The position numbers were made by a program, and so were the translations under genes. Under the pieces are notes generated by a model that saw only the letters and a list, made by a program, of their open reading frames with translations, was not told the DNA's origin and did no database searches. DNA of 64,000 nucleotides from a virus: positions 32,185 through 96,184 of IMG/VR virus record IMGVR_UViG_3300042396_000723. One strand, written 5' to 3'. The first letter of the stretch is position 1. Every line of letters starts with the position of its first letter. This document shows positions 1-9,645 of this stretch, in pieces.

Positions 1-29
1 TAACTCCTATTATAGTACAAATCAAACCC

Positions 30-497
30 TCAATATCTCCGCCTTAAATATTCTGCCAATAATAACGCCTCTGCCCTCCCGTGATGTTTTTCGAGTTTAA
101 GATTGTTAGTTTCACCTGGAAACATCTGCAACGCCATCACCCTTGACGCTTTCTTATCTTTTCCTATTAGGCTGTAGTGCTTTTTCCATGCCTGGGGAGT
201 AACAAACTCCATCGGGATTCCTAGCGTTGCAATAATCCCAAGCCAAATCCCAAAACCCATCCCAAAGTTAAAAGTAGAAGATACCCCTTGCTTGGGCATT
301 GCATGAACATTCTCAATAATTAGGTGAGTATTGATGGTGATCATTTCCTTCAGTCCAGATGCCATTAATGTCGGGTTGGGGCGTATCTTTCCACTAATCT
401 TAATCACTGGACAGTCGAGAAATTTAACCTCACCATTAGAAATCCTACACACTGCCCCCGTCGCTCCGGGGTCAATTCCGATAAATGTTTTAGTCAT
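30..497 (-). CDS. RuvC-like Holliday junction resolvase (phage type)
   Basis: 155 aa ORF with N-terminal FIGIDPGATGA motif typical of RuvC/RNase H-fold resolvases; last gene of the minus-strand early block. Confidence 0.6.
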   Translation of the reverse strand: MTKTFIGIDPGATGAVCRISNGEVKFLDCPVIKISGKIRPNPTLMASGLKEMITINTHLIIENVHAMPKQGVSSTFNFGMGFGIWLGIIATLGIPMEFVTPQAWKKHYSLIGKDKKASRVMALQMFPGETNNLKLEKHHGRAEALLLAEYLRRRY

Positions 498-810
498 TAT
501 CCGTTGTTGTTTGTAAATAGTTGATAACAGATGGGCTATAGTCAGATATTAAAATTCTTTCAATTGCCCAAGAGAAGTTGTATTTATCAATTTTTTCACC
601 AAGTCTTCTGCTTAGAATTTTAAATATTATTCTGATTTTATCGCCAATATAAGCAGATCCATAATTTAGATTTTTGGCAATCTCAGGATAAGTATTGTCG
701 TTTAATATTCCCTCGAGAATCTTTCTAGTCAAGCTATCAAGATGTTTTCCGGTCTCGGAAAATACCAAACTATCAACCAACCAGATATATTCTAACTGTT
801 CCCTAGTCAC
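490..810 (-). CDS. hypothetical protein, possible HTH DNA-binding protein
   Basis: 106 aa ORF in operon context; central segment LTRKILEGILNDNTYPEIAKNL resembles a helix-turn-helix. Assignment by eye only. Confidence 0.35.
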   Translation of the reverse strand: MTREQLEYIWLVDSLVFSETGKHLDSLTRKILEGILNDNTYPEIAKNLNYGSAYIGDKIRIIFKILSRRLGEKIDKYNFSWAIERILISDYSPSVINYLQTTTDND

Positions 811-1135
811 CTATAAAATCTCCCTCCGCATGGTAGATCCCATTATGAATTTTAAAACCTTCAATATTCTCGGTTTCAATATCCGAAAAACTTACCCGTT
901 CACTAACCATCCAGATTAGTAATTTTTCTAAAGTGTCAAAAGCTGGAAGGTGTGGCAGTTCAAGCCTTAATCTATCGGGTGTTCCAAAAGCACCTTTAAA
1001 GTGAGTGCTGAATTTAAAGATAGAATAATGGCGATCGCTTACCCCTCTTGATATTTTTTCCACTTCATCGAGTAGGCATCCTAAGTTTTCCATCCTAAGT
1101 TTTCCATCCTTTCTTAGCACTGTTGGCATCCGCAA
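803..1135 (-). CDS. hypothetical protein
   Basis: 110 aa ORF in co-oriented gene string; true start may be the internal Met near 1093 because the upstream ORF ends at 1095. Confidence 0.3.
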   Translation of the reverse strand: MRMPTVLRKDGKLRMENLGCLLDEVEKISRGVSDRHYSIFKFSTHFKGAFGTPDRLRLELPHLPAFDTLEKLLIWMVSERVSFSDIETENIEGFKIHNGIYHAEGDFIGD

Positions 1136-1370
1136 AAGCTATATGATCTCGCGTTATTTGCCACTCGTAACGAGGTCTTAGTCCCTCTCCAATCCTAACA
1201 CAATCCGAGTCTGTATCAGTCAGAGGAGTCACACCATTCTGATATTTGAACAGGGTCTTAGTCACCCAATTGACATCGGTTAATAATTGATTCCCGCCGC
1301 GTTTTCTGGCAGTGGTAACAACTAACTCGGCAATCTCTGGATAATTTGATTTAACTTTTGACTTTTTCAT
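1095..1370 (-). CDS. hypothetical protein
   Basis: 91 aa ORF tightly packed between neighbours on the same strand. Confidence 0.3.
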   Translation of the reverse strand: MKKSKVKSNYPEIAELVVTTARKRGGNQLLTDVNWVTKTLFKYQNGVTPLTDTDSDCVRIGEGLRPRYEWQITRDHIAFADANSAKKGWKT

Positions 1371-1700
1371 TTAAAATTCTTGATTGTTGTCTATGGTTTT
1401 CTTGAACTCTGAACCAACGGGAGCTAAGTTTTCTCGCCAGCTTAACCATCGGGTTTGTTGGTTTAGTTTGGCGGCGTTATAGTCTTCTAGTGTGATGTTC
1501 CAATCCTCAACAGGAGCAAACTCTAAACCAAGATCAAGAATGGTTTTGACAGCCCCTTCACGGGGGTATTTGGCTTTAGGGTTTGTCGTCCGGTGATAGA
1601 GTGTCATCAAAATAAAGTCTTTGTTTTTGGGGATGGGATTGGGTTCTGGGATTAACAGGATTTGACTGTAGACTGATTCGACTACTTCTGGATATTGCAT
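1371..1700 (-). CDS. hypothetical protein
   Basis: 109 aa ORF abutting the upstream gene start (1370/1371). Confidence 0.35.
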   Translation of the reverse strand: MQYPEVVESVYSQILLIPEPNPIPKNKDFILMTLYHRTTNPKAKYPREGAVKTILDLGLEFAPVEDWNITLEDYNAAKLNQQTRWLSWRENLAPVGSEFKKTIDNNQEF

Positions 1701-1707
1701 GAGGTTA

Positions 1708-2475
1708 TTAAGCTCTTGACGGTATCTTGTTAGTGTTGTCAGATGGAACTATTGAGGTAATACTTGAATCCCCATAATTATTCCACTGAACTATATTTGT
1801 CGCCTGCTTCCAGAGTTGTTGCACTCGGACTTTGTGAGGTAAAAATTCTTCGCTACAAAACTTTCCGAAGTAATCTATATCCCCATCATAACAATCAGTA
1901 ATTAAATCCCTGGGATATTCAAAATCATAAATCCCGTAAATATTGTTAAAGTTTGCATCGGAATGTTTACCAGATCCCTCCCACAAACCAAATTGACCCC
2001 GAAACCACCCTCGACTTATATCTTCTCTCTTTTGGAATTGTTTACGTCTTTGTATCTCGTATTCGTAACCGTCAATCTCGCTACAGTCTTCCTGTTCATC
2101 AGGAGCGTAAAGCATCCCTATTGCTGTTTCCGAGTCAGGATCATAATGTGATGATATCCCGTTATCAAGCAAAGAAATCCCAACTAAAAGAATAAGCCCT
2201 TTGCAATTACAGTTTTCTATATTCTCCTTAATCTTCCGAACAGTTGCATCGTAATCATGGAACGGATAAACGGGTTTAACCTCAACAAATATCAATTCTT
2301 GTCTCCCTACTATCACAAAGTCAGGTATCCATCCATCAAAATCGCAAGGTTCATATTCCCATTTCCAATTAAGTAAATCAAAGAAAGCCGCCCACTTAGC
2401 TTCTAATCTTGACCGGAATTGAATCCCATTATATCGAGTGGGTTTGTTTTTGATGGTGTAGTCAAATCCTTTCAT
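1708..2475 (-). CDS. putative PD-(D/E)XK-like nuclease domain protein
   Basis: 255 aa; N-terminal FRSRLEAKWAAFFD followed by PDFVIVG...ELIFVEVKP, reminiscent of D...E-x-K restriction-endonuclease-fold motifs. Motif-level only. Confidence 0.4.
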   Translation of the reverse strand: MKGFDYTIKNKPTRYNGIQFRSRLEAKWAAFFDLLNWKWEYEPCDFDGWIPDFVIVGRQELIFVEVKPVYPFHDYDATVRKIKENIENCNCKGLILLVGISLLDNGISSHYDPDSETAIGMLYAPDEQEDCSEIDGYEYEIQRRKQFQKREDISRGWFRGQFGLWEGSGKHSDANFNNIYGIYDFEYPRDLITDCYDGDIDYFGKFCSEEFLPHKVRVQQLWKQATNIVQWNNYGDSSITSIVPSDNTNKIPSRA

Positions 2476-2511
2476 GTTTTCCTCTTATTTGCTAATGTTT
2501 GCAATTCAAAA

Positions 2512-3132
2512 TTACCAACTCGGATTACCGCCATTAACGGCATCCGTCATGTATTTAGTTCTACGATGCCAACCCGACTTAAACACGGTTTGAGAAGGTC
2601 TACTGGTATAAATTGAGGTGTAATAACTATCTTGAGACTTGAGATAGTTTAACGCCTGTTCCTGCGGTGTTGACCCTGAGATATCCCACTTTTTACCACT
2701 ATTAACATAACTATTCATAATAGCTAAATTAAGCGGTTTCTGGGCTTTATCTGCACCTGAAGCTATCCAGTAGTCGGTGTGATATATCTTTATTGCTTGG
2801 GGTAAAGTTATTGAGGAAACGTTTAACCCGTGCCGTTTGGCTACACTTTCAATAATACCATACTTGGTTTTCCCACCGCCATCGGCAGGGTGATCCGACC
2901 AACCTCCTTCTACCTTCAAAATGTGACTTATAGCCCATGCAAAACCCTCGTCATTTATACCAGCTTGACTAACAGCTTTCTTAATCTCTTCAGGGGCTTG
3001 TGCTTTGGAAATATCACCGGAAACATTACCCGATGGATTAGCACCCGTTACTGATTGAATTGCGGGGGATTGTAATAAATTGATAAGTGTAAACCCCGTT
3101 ACCCCTAACATCATTAAGTTATTGAAAATCAT
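2512..3132 (-). CDS. GH108-like lysozyme / peptidoglycan hydrolase with N-terminal hydrophobic anchor
   Basis: 206 aa; motif EGGWSDHPADGGGKTKYGI matches the glycoside hydrolase family 108 signature (EGG...D..D.GG.T..GI); hydrophobic N-terminus. Confidence 0.65.
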   Translation of the reverse strand: MIFNNLMMLGVTGFTLINLLQSPAIQSVTGANPSGNVSGDISKAQAPEEIKKAVSQAGINDEGFAWAISHILKVEGGWSDHPADGGGKTKYGIIESVAKRHGLNVSSITLPQAIKIYHTDYWIASGADKAQKPLNLAIMNSYVNSGKKWDISGSTPQEQALNYLKSQDSYYTSIYTSRPSQTVFKSGWHRRTKYMTDAVNGGNPSW

Positions 3133-3725
3133 TTTTTCGGCTCCATTATTGGGATTACTTTTTTAGGGTCAATATATTTCCCGTTGAGTTTTATTCCTAA
3201 GTGCAGGTGATTTCCGGTTGATGTTCCCGTAGTACCAACTAGAGCTATGGGAGTACCTGCTTTGACCGACTGACCCTTTTGAGCTAAAACTTTCGAGGCG
3301 TGGCAGTATTTGGACAGGTAGCCACCTGAGTGATTGATCTCAACTGCATTGCCACAACCGCCCATGTCACCCGCAAAAGACACCTGACCATCGGCAACGG
3401 CTAAGATGTTTGCACCCCCCGGCGCTGCAAAATCAATCCCGTTGTGCATTTTTTGCCCTCCCGTTACAGGATGCTCTCTCATACCAAACCCAGAAGATAT
3501 TGTGTAAGGGGTTGAATGGGGATAGATAAACTTAGGGGCGTTTTTACCTAACGTAATTGTTTCTGATGTTGTTGTTGATTGGGATTGAGGAACTGAGGTA
3601 GAGGGTGATCCAAACTTAAAAATGCTAAAGCCCACAAGCAAAACAGAAACGAAACACCAGAACCAAACATCATCAAGCTGTTCCTCACAATCCCTTATCC
3701 TCTCCTCCAATTTCCGGTTCAACAT
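3129..3725 (-). CDS. M23 family (LytM-like) peptidoglycan endopeptidase
   Basis: 198 aa; HNGIDFAAP and GTTGTSTGNHLHLG motifs (HxxxD and HxH zinc ligands of M23 peptidases); N-terminal TM segment; start overlaps upstream stop. Confidence 0.8.
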   Translation of the reverse strand: MLNRKLEERIRDCEEQLDDVWFWCFVSVLLVGFSIFKFGSPSTSVPQSQSTTTSETITLGKNAPKFIYPHSTPYTISSGFGMREHPVTGGQKMHNGIDFAAPGGANILAVADGQVSFAGDMGGCGNAVEINHSGGYLSKYCHASKVLAQKGQSVKAGTPIALVGTTGTSTGNHLHLGIKLNGKYIDPKKVIPIMEPKK

Positions 3726-3729
3726 TGCC

Positions 3730-4080
3730 TTATTTTCCCCCCATATCTTGCTTGCCTATTTGTTCTGATTTATCGTTTTTGGGAACGTCAAGGTTGTAGC
3801 GCGATCGCAAGCCACCTAATTTAAACTCGCCACTAAATAGGTTTTTAGCTGTCTCTTTCTTTTCGGGTTTAGTGGAATCGGAAGATTTTTTATCATCGGT
3901 TTTGGGTTCTTCTTTAGGTTTTGCCCAGTCCTCCTTGGGTATCTGCCTAGTTATTTCTGGGATGGTTTTTACCGTTTCGGCTACACCCTTTTTAAACCAC
4001 CAAGGGATTGACTGATTCCAACAAAAGTAAATCAGAAATACCCAACCCAGAACAGATCCAAAATAGAATAAAACTCTCAT
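3730..4080 (-). CDS. membrane protein, Lys/Glu-rich tail (possible lysis accessory)
   Basis: 116 aa; N-terminal hydrophobic helix (VLFYFGSVLGWVFLIYF) then charged region; sits between M23 peptidase and another small TM ORF. Confidence 0.4.
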   Translation of the reverse strand: MRVLFYFGSVLGWVFLIYFCWNQSIPWWFKKGVAETVKTIPEITRQIPKEDWAKPKEEPKTDDKKSSDSTKPEKKETAKNLFSGEFKLGGLRSRYNLDVPKNDKSEQIGKQDMGGK

Positions 4081-4316
4081 TATTTAACATCCTCCAGTGA
4101 TTCAATTGGGGTAATGGTTGAATCGGAATCGTCACCTTGACCGGGGGGAAGTTGACGATTATTTGTGGCATTTATAGACCCGCCGAACCAATAGGTTAAA
4201 GTCCCTACACTTTTCTCGAATAATGTCTTGATAGCGGTTTCAACTGTCATCCCTCTGACTCCAAAAAAGACAAGTAAAGTTAGCGCAGAAACGAAAACAA
4301 TTCTTGAGGGTTTCAT
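4080..4316 (-). CDS. small membrane protein (holin-like candidate)
   Basis: 78 aa; single hydrophobic segment IVFVSALTLLVFFGV; start overlaps the downstream gene. Confidence 0.35.
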   Translation of the reverse strand: MKPSRIVFVSALTLLVFFGVRGMTVETAIKTLFEKSVGTLTYWFGGSINATNNRQLPPGQGDDSDSTITPIESLEDVK

Positions 4317-4328
4317 AAGTAAAGGCTC

Positions 4329-5765
4329 CTATTTATTAATTAAGACTTTGGACTGAGAGGACTGAGATAATTGAGACTCCCATGCGGGTTTGAGGTAATT
4401 CGTGTAACGCTTGTTAGTAGAACGCGGCTCTATTCCTAACTCGCTACAAATTTGTTTTAGGGGTGATGGAATCAAACCGTGGGAATATTTAAAAGCCCGA
4501 AGTTCAAGAGAAGATTTAAACAGGGCAGTATTAACCTGCTCCCACCAATCACTATCCGGGTCGGTTGATTTGGCACTGGCAAAGGTAACGTTAAATCCTG
4601 ATAGGTCAGGAATTGAAACTACTCTTGATTGCCCTTTGATTGTGCAGATAGCGGGTCTTTTCCCTTCCTTGAGCAACCTTTCAGCTATCTCTATTAACCC
4701 CGTTTTCTCCCCTGCTAAATACCGTAACTGCGATTCAGGGATTGATGGGTAGCAGATTATTAATTGAGCTAAATTTTCCAGTGTTGCCAAAGTAAAACCA
4801 CCCTCACCGACGGACGCGGATTGACCCACGGGGATTAACTTAATCTTGTAGCCTCTACCCTGCTTAATGATCTCAATTAGCTTATCGAGCCGGGAATTGG
4901 TTTTGTCTGACTTGTATCGTTCCACGATACTGTCAAATTCTTCGCAGATTAGGCAAATCGGAGTCAGGTCAACTTGAATTTCTGATATCTTTTTGGCTCC
5001 GTTTTTGGCTCCGTCAACACAAGCCTTAATCCGTTTATCTAATTGGGCGTGAACGTGATCAATTAGGCTATCAATCTCGTCATCGGGTTGCTTGATCCAT
5101 TCGGTGTCCAACCCAAACCAATTATTAAGATAACCGTCATTATCGGGCTTTCCATAGTTCGGGTCAGCAATAAACAGTTGACCATCGGGGTTATTCTCAA
5201 GCCATTGACTGATTATCAATCCCAGGAGTTTAGATTTTCCCGACCCCGTGCCACCCGTTAGCCTTTGATGTGGCAACGATAGAAATTCGGATACCCAACC
5301 CGAATCATCTTTGATTGATTGAAACTTAGACTTGATTTCCGGTGGGATAGCGCGGATCAACAGTTGAGATGATTTGGCATAACCTTTTTCTCCAAAGTCC
5401 CCTAGACTATCCAAAGCCTGACCAACTCCCCAAACTGTCCAACTAACTGATTTAGCCAAGGTATCGGGGACGGTGCGGGGTAGATCCTCAAGTTTGACCA
5501 TAGACTCATCCCCTAGTATCAACCCCGCTAAAGCACCAAGGCATCCCACGCCCGCTAAATATAGAAGGATTGAATTATTAACGGGTTTACGCTCAATTAC
5601 CAAAACGCTACCCCATTCTCCTTTCTGAGATTGGTGGGGTGAGATACCTTTTAAATCCTCAATCTGAACAGTCGCAGCGCTGAATAAACCAATGGCTGAA
5701 AATCCTAAACTTGCTGCAACGGCAACCCCCCAATTATCCTTAGTGAAGTTATTTGGTCTTGCCAT
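4329..5765 (-). CDS. membrane-anchored FtsK/SpoIIIE-HerA-like P-loop ATPase
   Basis: Walker A GGTGSGKS and Walker B-like ICLICEEFD; two N-terminal hydrophobic segments; first ATG (complement of 5763-5765) is preceded by AGGAGG. The track ORF extends to 5801 on a TTG. Confidence 0.6.
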   Translation of the reverse strand: MARPNNFTKDNWGVAVAASLGFSAIGLFSAATVQIEDLKGISPHQSQKGEWGSVLVIERKPVNNSILLYLAGVGCLGALAGLILGDESMVKLEDLPRTVPDTLAKSVSWTVWGVGQALDSLGDFGEKGYAKSSQLLIRAIPPEIKSKFQSIKDDSGWVSEFLSLPHQRLTGGTGSGKSKLLGLIISQWLENNPDGQLFIADPNYGKPDNDGYLNNWFGLDTEWIKQPDDEIDSLIDHVHAQLDKRIKACVDGAKNGAKKISEIQVDLTPICLICEEFDSIVERYKSDKTNSRLDKLIEIIKQGRGYKIKLIPVGQSASVGEGGFTLATLENLAQLIICYPSIPESQLRYLAGEKTGLIEIAERLLKEGKRPAICTIKGQSRVVSIPDLSGFNVTFASAKSTDPDSDWWEQVNTALFKSSLELRAFKYSHGLIPSPLKQICSELGIEPRSTNKRYTNYLKPAWESQLSQSSQSKVLINK

Positions 5766-6555
5766 CTTTAGCCTCCTTTTCTGCCAATTGTTTAGCCTCA
5801 AGTTCTAATTGCTTTTGAAGGGCCTCAGTCCGCTTCTGCTGCTCGTAGGTTAAAGCTCTAAGTGTCATGGCAACCTCAGAGAACCGACGGACATCACTCG
5901 CCAAAACCGAGACATTAACAGAGGTAAACTTTAATTGAATTTGATCTGCCGATGTAGTTTCCCAATGGCGTTTTAGTGCCAAAAGATTTCCCCAAACCTC
6001 AAACAACAAATCAGCCGCTTGCTTCCGTTCTTTAGGTGAACCGTTAAATTCTCCCTCTAGCGTAGCTTTATCAAGTTTGTTAGCCAGAAAGTTGATTTTC
6101 TTAATCAGAAATAACTCAATAGAAATGGGTTTCTTTTCAATCTCAGAACGAGCTTGCAACAGGAATGTTTCTGCTACCGCTTCACTCAAGTTGTTAACTT
6201 GAAAACCTACCTCGTTTAATGACTTATCTAATAGCTCATTTCGTGCCATTTCTAAGTCAGGGGATGGTTGAAATTCTCCAGAATTATCATTAGCTTCGGT
6301 CGAGGTTTCCCCTGTTGGTTCTACCGTCATTTGCTGAACTTCGGCACTTTCAGCTACGGGAACGTTAGGAGCAAACTTCTTGATAATTCCTGATTTATTC
6401 CCGACTAAGGTAATAAAACTACAAACTGCAATAACTGTTAGTAAAACCGCTACTCGTTTTCGTGTTTTATTAGGCTTTCTAGGTTCCCTCTGAGTGGCTT
6501 CTGAATCCCCACTAAAAGCTGGTAAGTCATCACTAGGCTGTAAACTGTCTAACAT
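5749..6555 (-). CDS. membrane-anchored coiled-coil protein
   Basis: 268 aa; one TM helix (VAVLLTVIAVCSFITLV) followed by a long helical, charged C-terminus (QKQLELEAKQLAEKEAK). Confidence 0.4.
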   Translation of the reverse strand: MLDSLQPSDDLPAFSGDSEATQREPRKPNKTRKRVAVLLTVIAVCSFITLVGNKSGIIKKFAPNVPVAESAEVQQMTVEPTGETSTEANDNSGEFQPSPDLEMARNELLDKSLNEVGFQVNNLSEAVAETFLLQARSEIEKKPISIELFLIKKINFLANKLDKATLEGEFNGSPKERKQAADLLFEVWGNLLALKRHWETTSADQIQLKFTSVNVSVLASDVRRFSEVAMTLRALTYEQQKRTEALQKQLELEAKQLAEKEAKDGKTK

Positions 6556-6560
6556 CTATA

Positions 6561-6986
6561 TCAATCTCCCTGTGCATGGTGTGAGGTTTTGATTTTCTGG
6601 GCGTTGGTGTTTGGAGTGGTGTTTTCGGGCGAAAGTACCTTTCCATAGAGTTCAAGGGCTTCAAAGTATTCAGGACTCCCAGGCTGAAGGCAATTCAGGT
6701 GATTCTCGGTTGCCCTTTGGATCAGTTCACCCAACACAAGGTTAAAGTCTGGTTTTGTGTCTGATCTGTTGGGGCTTGTTTCCTTGTTTGATTGGGTGTT
6801 ATTGCGGGTTGTGATAGCCAAGAGTGCAGTAGTTGTGGAACTAGCTATTAATCCGATAAAACCCCCGTATTGACCCATTCTAACCTCTGATATTTCCGGT
6901 TCTAATGTTAGGGATAACAGGACTGAACTAAGACCACCAATCACAGTTCCAACCATGATCGCCTTAACGGGTTCTGGGATTTTCAT
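6561..6986 (-). CDS. membrane protein
   Basis: 141 aa; two hydrophobic helices near the N-terminus. Confidence 0.4.
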   Translation of the reverse strand: MKIPEPVKAIMVGTVIGGLSSVLLSLTLEPEISEVRMGQYGGFIGLIASSTTTALLAITTRNNTQSNKETSPNRSDTKPDFNLVLGELIQRATENHLNCLQPGSPEYFEALELYGKVLSPENTTPNTNAQKIKTSHHAQGD

Positions 6987-7276
6987 ATTGATAGTTTTGG
7001 GATTGTTCCCTGATTCGACTAAAAACTACTTGATTGCTAAATATTAAAAACCCAATAAAGAATGCTGTTAAATAATAAATAGTATTCATTAGAAACAACC
7101 TCCCATTAAAAAGGGCATTACGTTATGTGAGCAGTAAACTCCAAATAGATTAACCAAGTCGATAACGATTCCCACTTAAAACCCTCCCATTAATAATTCT
7201 AATTGTTGACTGATTTCCTTGGGTTGAGGGATTTTTAGGATAACTTCTATTCTCTCAACCCGTGTTTCTAGTTCGT

Positions 7277-7786
7277 TTATTCTCCGAAAAAACTTCTCAC
7301 AGCTAACTGGGATTTTTTTGACTTTCCCACCGCTTCGTTAAGTTGCTGTTCTAAAGCCTCAATTGAGATTTCTTGATCAAAGTCTAAGAGGTTTCCTAAC
7401 TCATCCCCGGACGCTTGATCAATTGCATTCTTGTACTCAGGAATCCCAACTAATAAAGCCTTGGCGGATTCAATTTCATCGTCTGCAATTTCATTTAAGA
7501 AAGCCAATTGTTTTGCTTTTTTAAATAGTTTAGCATCTTCCCGCCCGGAGTTTTGACCCGCAACAACAACGGCTTTAGTGTTAACAATCGCGTTATCCTT
7601 AGCTTTCTTTTGGGTCTTAACAACTGCATCATTGAGTTGATCTGTTGTACTCCCTTTGGTGATAGCTGATTTAGTCTGCTGTTTCGGCTGTTCCGCCTGG
7701 GTTTGGGGTTTCCGTGAGTTCTGATACAACTCGGTAAGTTCCGGTTGAGTGTTGTTGTCGGTAGCTTGTGATTCTTGATAGGACAT
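7277..7786 (-). CDS. hypothetical protein
   Basis: 169 aa ORF; 5' end overlaps ORF 7671-8144, so one of the two starts is probably downstream of the track value. Confidence 0.3.
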   Translation of the reverse strand: MSYQESQATDNNTQPELTELYQNSRKPQTQAEQPKQQTKSAITKGSTTDQLNDAVVKTQKKAKDNAIVNTKAVVVAGQNSGREDAKLFKKAKQLAFLNEIADDEIESAKALLVGIPEYKNAIDQASGDELGNLLDFDQEISIEALEQQLNEAVGKSKKSQLAVRSFFGE

Positions 7787-8144
7787 CGACTTTAAACTCC
7801 TTAAATAGTTGGGTTGTGTTTAGCATTAACATCTTCTGGAAAACTTCTATCTCGATAGATAAACCGTTGTTTAAACAGTGGTGATAGAGGCTTTGGAACT
7901 GATAGTAGGTATGGTGTGGGTATTTGGAACTAACAAAAATATGCAATAGGTACAAGATGTTTAATTCCGCCCAATCAACAGGTTTTCTTGTTATCCCCAA
8001 AACCCCTTTTCTGTCTGCGATTGTCTGGTGGGAAACCTTGAAAATCAACTGAATCTCTTTTGAGGAAAATGGTTCTAAAGCGTTTTCGTCTCTAAGATCT
8101 ATTGTTTTCCTAATTCCCCCTTGCCTCGATCTAAAATCGCCCAT
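7671..8144 (-). CDS. hypothetical protein
   Basis: 157 aa ORF; overlaps 7277-7786 by about 116 nt at its 3' end. Confidence 0.3.
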   Translation of the reverse strand: MGDFRSRQGGIRKTIDLRDENALEPFSSKEIQLIFKVSHQTIADRKGVLGITRKPVDWAELNILYLLHIFVSSKYPHHTYYQFQSLYHHCLNNGLSIEIEVFQKMLMLNTTQLFKEFKVDVLSRITSYRQQHSTGTYRVVSELTETPNPGGTAETAD

Positions 8145-8267
8145 TCATGGCTTCCTATAGTCCTCCGTTCTGGGTTTACTCAGGCTTGATTTAACCTGAT
8201 GTACCAATAGTAAACCCACCTCTAAGGGTGGGCATAGGGGAAAATACATCTGGGGTGGAATTTGCCA

Positions 8268-8471
8268 CTACTGATTATTCTTTTCCTGCCATTCCATAAC
8301 ATAAAGCGTGTGTTTGCAAAATCGTTTCAATACATCTCGGTCAACCCATAAGTCCACAAAGGTATTATCTTGATTAATCGTTGCAATACAGTATTGACCA
8401 TTAAGGTTTTGCCCTAATTTTATTTCCCCTTTTAGGTGATGGACTTCTTGAGAGTGTGAATAATTGTCCAT
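8268..8471 (-). CDS. hypothetical small protein
   Basis: 67 aa ORF; its stop overlaps the upstream ORF start (8471). Confidence 0.3.
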   Translation of the reverse strand: MDNYSHSQEVHHLKGEIKLGQNLNGQYCIATINQDNTFVDLWVDRDVLKRFCKHTLYVMEWQEKNNQ

Positions 8472-8668
8472 TATATTTTTCCCTCTGATTGTGCTAACAA
8501 ACCTAAGTGGCGACGAAATTGAACGTATTGGGGTTTAGGGTCGTAGCCTTTGCGACGGTGATTTTTTACCGTGTCAGGGTCGGCTCCTGTTAACAATGAA
8601 ATTTGGTTGATGGATTTTCCGGTAAGTAAACGAAATTCATCTACAGATAGTTCTTTTTGTGCAAACAT
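8471..8668 (-). CDS. hypothetical small protein
   Basis: 65 aa ORF at the head of a leftward operon, next to the divergent intergenic region 8669-8793. Confidence 0.3.
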   Translation of the reverse strand: MFAQKELSVDEFRLLTGKSINQISLLTGADPDTVKNHRRKGYDPKPQYVQFRRHLGLLAQSEGKI

Positions 8669-8793
8669 TGTAATAGCCTCAACTGGGTTAAAGAATGGGT
8701 TGGGGTGGGGCTGATCGGCTGATATCCGGTCAGCCCCTTTCAGTATTTGTGTTAATGTTATGCTGATTATATGCTAAACGACATAAAAAAACA

Positions 8794-9045
8794 ATGGACA
8801 AAAGGTATAGAATTACGATTAAGATCCCTGCGTGGCATAATAAGCGATTAAGGGAATGGGCAGCACTCAAGGGTGTAGCACCCACAACCTTGGCGGGTAA
8901 CGTATTGCAAGCTCGAATAGAAGCAAACGACGAACAAATTGTGGCGATGTTAAAGTCTCGGTCTGAGGATGAAGGATTAACTATTGAGGAATTTATTAAA
9001 AAGATTGTCAATGATTCAGATGATCAAGAAAAGCCCACTAGGTAG
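8794..9045 (+). CDS. possible ribbon-helix-helix-like small DNA-binding protein
   Basis: 83 aa; the only plus-strand gene in the minus block; N-terminal beta-strand-like YRITIKIP followed by helices (REWAALKGVAPTTLAGNVLQARIE). Fold assignment speculative. Confidence 0.35.
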   Translation: MDKRYRITIKIPAWHNKRLREWAALKGVAPTTLAGNVLQARIEANDEQIVAMLKSRSEDEGLTIEEFIKKIVNDSDDQEKPTR

Positions 9046-9097
9046 AGTGAGCTTCTTTGGAGTTATCGGGAATAAGGGCAGGAGTTGTAAGATTGTT

Positions 9098-9532
9098 TTA
9101 AATAAGACTGTTCAAACTATTTACAATTTCTTCCTTATTGATTTCATCATCTACAAATCTTTTTGCATTGATTGAATCAATTAAAAATTGAAAAGCTCTT
9201 GATTCAGTAAGATACATTGGGATATTTAAAACGTTGTCAAGTTCACCGTTAAATATTTTATTTGCTATTATCACGGCATCCTCAACATTTAGAACGCCAT
9301 CATGCACCAACAATTCCACAATGCCAATTAATCCCATGTAGAATCCAGCTTTTAATAAATCCGAATAATCGGGTTTTACTATTTTGGCTTTTTCGTTAAT
9401 TTCAACCGTAGATTTATGAGCTAAACTGTATTCTAAACAGTATTTGAAATTATCTGGGTTCAATTGTGAGAGTAAAATAACGCCTTTTTCACTCACAAAC
9501 TTTGAGCCAGAATCTAATTCTTTAATGTCCAT
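9098..9532 (-). CDS. hypothetical protein (AT-rich moron candidate)
   Basis: 144 aa ORF in a visibly AT-rich stretch compared with flanking DNA. Confidence 0.35.
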   Translation of the reverse strand: MDIKELDSGSKFVSEKGVILLSQLNPDNFKYCLEYSLAHKSTVEINEKAKIVKPDYSDLLKAGFYMGLIGIVELLVHDGVLNVEDAVIIANKIFNGELDNVLNIPMYLTESRAFQFLIDSINAKRFVDDEINKEEIVNSLNSLI

Positions 9533-9645
9533 TTTGTCTCCATAATGTTTCCTGTGGGATGCCCCTACTCTGACGGGAATCAGAAATAGGGGCTTTTAAT
9601 TTATTTTATCGCCACCATTGTCCGTCGCTGATGAAGTCTTGATCG

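Noticed and set aside
331-1135. Track ORFs 331-516 (+) and 695-919 (+)
   Set aside because: Both lie antisense within the better-supported minus-strand genes and lack start context; treated as shadow ORFs. The same reasoning was applied to other short opposite-strand track ORFs (for example 1953-2195, 4411-4752, 52695-53265, 59605-60117, 62687-62986).
8730-9011. Minus-strand 93-aa ORF overlapping the plus-strand ORF 8794-9045
   Set aside because: The two are mutually exclusive; the plus-strand ORF has the more protein-like sequence with predicted secondary structure, while the minus one is hydrophobic low-complexity. The choice is uncertain.
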